Shown piece after piece: positions 7,413 through 8,986 of a stretch of DNA of 8,986 nt (position 1 is its first letter; every line of letters starts with the position of its first letter). Location of the stretch: assembly GCA_965644295.1 (NCBI GenBank), contig CBFFRP010000273.1, forward strand, positions 1 to 8,986, given 5' to 3'. The notes under the pieces were generated by a model, which was not told the DNA's origin, ran no database searches, and saw only the letters and a list, made by a program, of their open reading frames with translations. A program made the position numbers and the translations under genes. The stretch comes from Paraphysomonas bandaiensis (lineage: Eukaryota; Protista; Chrysophyceae).

Positions 7413-8502
7413 TTAATAGAAAACACTTACATTGGTAATTACACTGGCTGCTGTGGTGCTTGACGCCGTATACACAACTGTAATTTGCTGAAGGATAAGA
7501 CTGCTGGGTGCCGCATTTGAAATATCCACATTTGCCAACCCCCCTGCTGCATACGTGGTCCCATTTACGCTACACGCATTTGCAAACGCCTTGTAGCTTG
7601 TTGTGTCAATTAGGAGTGAAATTGTAAAGCAAGAATTGCTTAAGGCGTTTGCATTTACATTTGTCAGTGCCATTTCAAAACCAGTGTCTGCCGTCAATCC
7701 AGAAAAATACAGAATTGATCCATTGGAGTAATCGTAAGTCAAAACGTTTGATGAAAACGTATATGTAGTGCTGATATGGTCTCGCAGATTTGCTTGGTTT
7801 GAATTAAACCAGTGAAAACCCCTCCCGCGTCCCCAATCTTTGAATCCATTTGTGTTTGAAAGTCCGAATTTACATTCTGAAGAAAATTAAATTTAGCGTT
7901 GTTTACGGTCCCAGTTCCCACCAAAGCACAATCCAATCGGTTGCTGGTAGTAATCATGCTTTTTTTGCCGACCAATGATGCCTGTAAGGTGGTGATGTCA
8001 CTGTTGACTTGTGTAAAATTAGCTTGGTCCCCATCTTGAAGCCCCATCAATGTATCAATCTGGTTTTGCAACCTACTTGTTAAACTGGTTTGGATGGAGC
8101 TGGATACGTCGACAAATGAAAGCACATGCCCCGTAAGGTCAATGTGTTCAACGGCAAGTTTATTTGATTGGTTGATGACATTTTGTTTAGAGGTTTCCTA
8201 ATCATTGATATCACCAACTATATCGGTGATGACATTGTCCAGCACATCGTCGCGTACTACATCAAACACAAGTGCAGAGTCTAATCGATTTCCTGCGCGA
8301 ATGACATCTTGTTTAGTATCTATATTTGTAATGTGGTATCTGTCGATTGTAAATTACCAATATCAGTGGTATGATCTTGCAGTGCTAATTGCACAGTCAG
8401 ACGAAATTTCATTTGCACGGATATAGTGTTTTGATTCTGTAACGTAGCAATCAATATCCCCAGCATGGGTTGCTACAGAAGTATCGACAGCATCCAATTT
8501 CT
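7413..8502 (-). pseudogene. Virion fibre-like protein A (coiled-coil/repeat shaft plus C-terminal beta domain), 5'-truncated and frameshifted
   Basis: Repeats KQDVIRAGNRLDSALV, KQNVINQSNKLAVEHI and KKSMITTSNRLDCALV. LSFVDVSSSIQTSL and FNFLQNVNSDFQTQMDSK resemble the YLxxVTSxIQTQL repeat of viral fibre proteins, and GGVFTG follows. A frameshift near 7770 joins ETIS to TTYTFSSNVLTYDYSNGSILYF...NVSVFY*. There is an in-frame TAG at 8198-8200. Confidence 0.72.
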
Positions 8503-8659
8503 CACCTCAAATGGGATGTACACAACCATTACTTGACTTCACACATAATGACAGTTTCACTGGGACATGACAGTGTGATAACAGCTCGTCTGCGTATATA
8601 TAACACAGAGCTTATTATACACTACTATGTACATTATTAGACACCTCAAATGGGATGTA
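8503..8659. repeat. Perfect 18-bp direct repeat CACCTCAAATGGGATGTA (8503-8520 and 8642-8659), probably the terminal and subterminal repeat of a DNA transposon
   Basis: Two identical copies with a 139-bp period. The first copy starts where the fibre-like reading frame is cut off. The repeat is directly seen; the transposon interpretation is inference. Confidence 0.8.
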
Positions 8660-8986
8660 TGCATGTATCAAGTCAAATATGAATACGTCCGGCATCATAA
8701 GAGCTCAAAGCATCGTCGATATCTGATGCAGTAGGAGGGCTGTGAGGAAGGTGTGGTCTACTATACCCTCCACTATATAACCATACAATAACATACACAC
8801 AACTCCAGATCTCCAGACATCCATCTCAAAGATGAGAACAACCGCTATCTGTTTGAATCTTGGTTCCTCATTTCGATCAGTGGATGCTAACCGAAACAAC
8901 GCAACCACAATACTATTAATAGATAGATATGCTCACTACATCACACTGCATGAGTGGGCTCTGCTGAGTAGGAAGTCGGCGCACGA

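Larger units (their letters stand above)
5985..8502. mobile_element. Degraded endogenous DNA-virus-like segment (Polinton-like virus, virophage or NCLDV related)
   Basis: Three tightly packed gene remnants with no apparent introns, a 20-bp intergenic spacer (7393-7412) and overlapping convergent stops (TTAA 6235-6238). Two remnants encode fibre-type repeat proteins. No hallmark viral gene is present. Confidence 0.6.

Noticed and set aside
2470-8200. Alternative genetic code or programmed frameshifting to explain the broken ORFs
   Set aside because: The interruptions include TAA, TAG and TGA as well as many irregular indels, which fits decay or sequencing error rather than recoding.
8205-8426. 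Plus-strand 73-aa ORF
   Set aside because: It is the antisense shadow of fibre-like gene A, whose repeats are on the minus strand.
2090-8502. Diversity-generating retroelement or retron (RT near fibre genes)
   Set aside because: The RT is plainly Ty1/copia type with RNase H, PPT and LTR. I saw no template/variable repeat pair differing at adenines.
8503-8659. CRISPR-like array
   Set aside because: Only two 18-bp copies with a 121-bp spacer, no cas genes, and a eukaryotic context.

Overview
This looks like eukaryotic, probably protist, repeat-rich DNA with no intact cellular gene. A stramenopile-like host is my inference only. From left to right it is a mosaic of decayed, truncated mobile elements: (1) the 3' PPT and LTR of a Ty1/copia element (~9-310), abutting (2) the 3' end of a second LTR retrotransposon, probably Ty3/gypsy (ORF end 311-693, PPT and short LTR 856-1001); (3) a minus-strand SET-domain fragment (~1019-1494); (4) a frameshifted Ty1/copia RT-RNase H region with PPT and 3' LTR (~2090-4214), abutting (5) the 3' part of a non-LTR retrotransposon ORF2 with a CCHC knuckle (~4215-5400); (6) a compact, apparently intronless, pseudogenised block (~5985-8502) with two tandem virion-fibre-like repeat genes and a convergent ORF end, best read as an endogenous DNA-virus relic (Polinton-like virus, virophage or NCLDV); and (7) a probable transposon end with an 18-bp direct repeat (8503 onward). 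No capsid, polymerase, packaging ATPase or integrase hallmark is visible, so the viral class cannot be fixed from this window. All calls come from manual reading; no searches were run.
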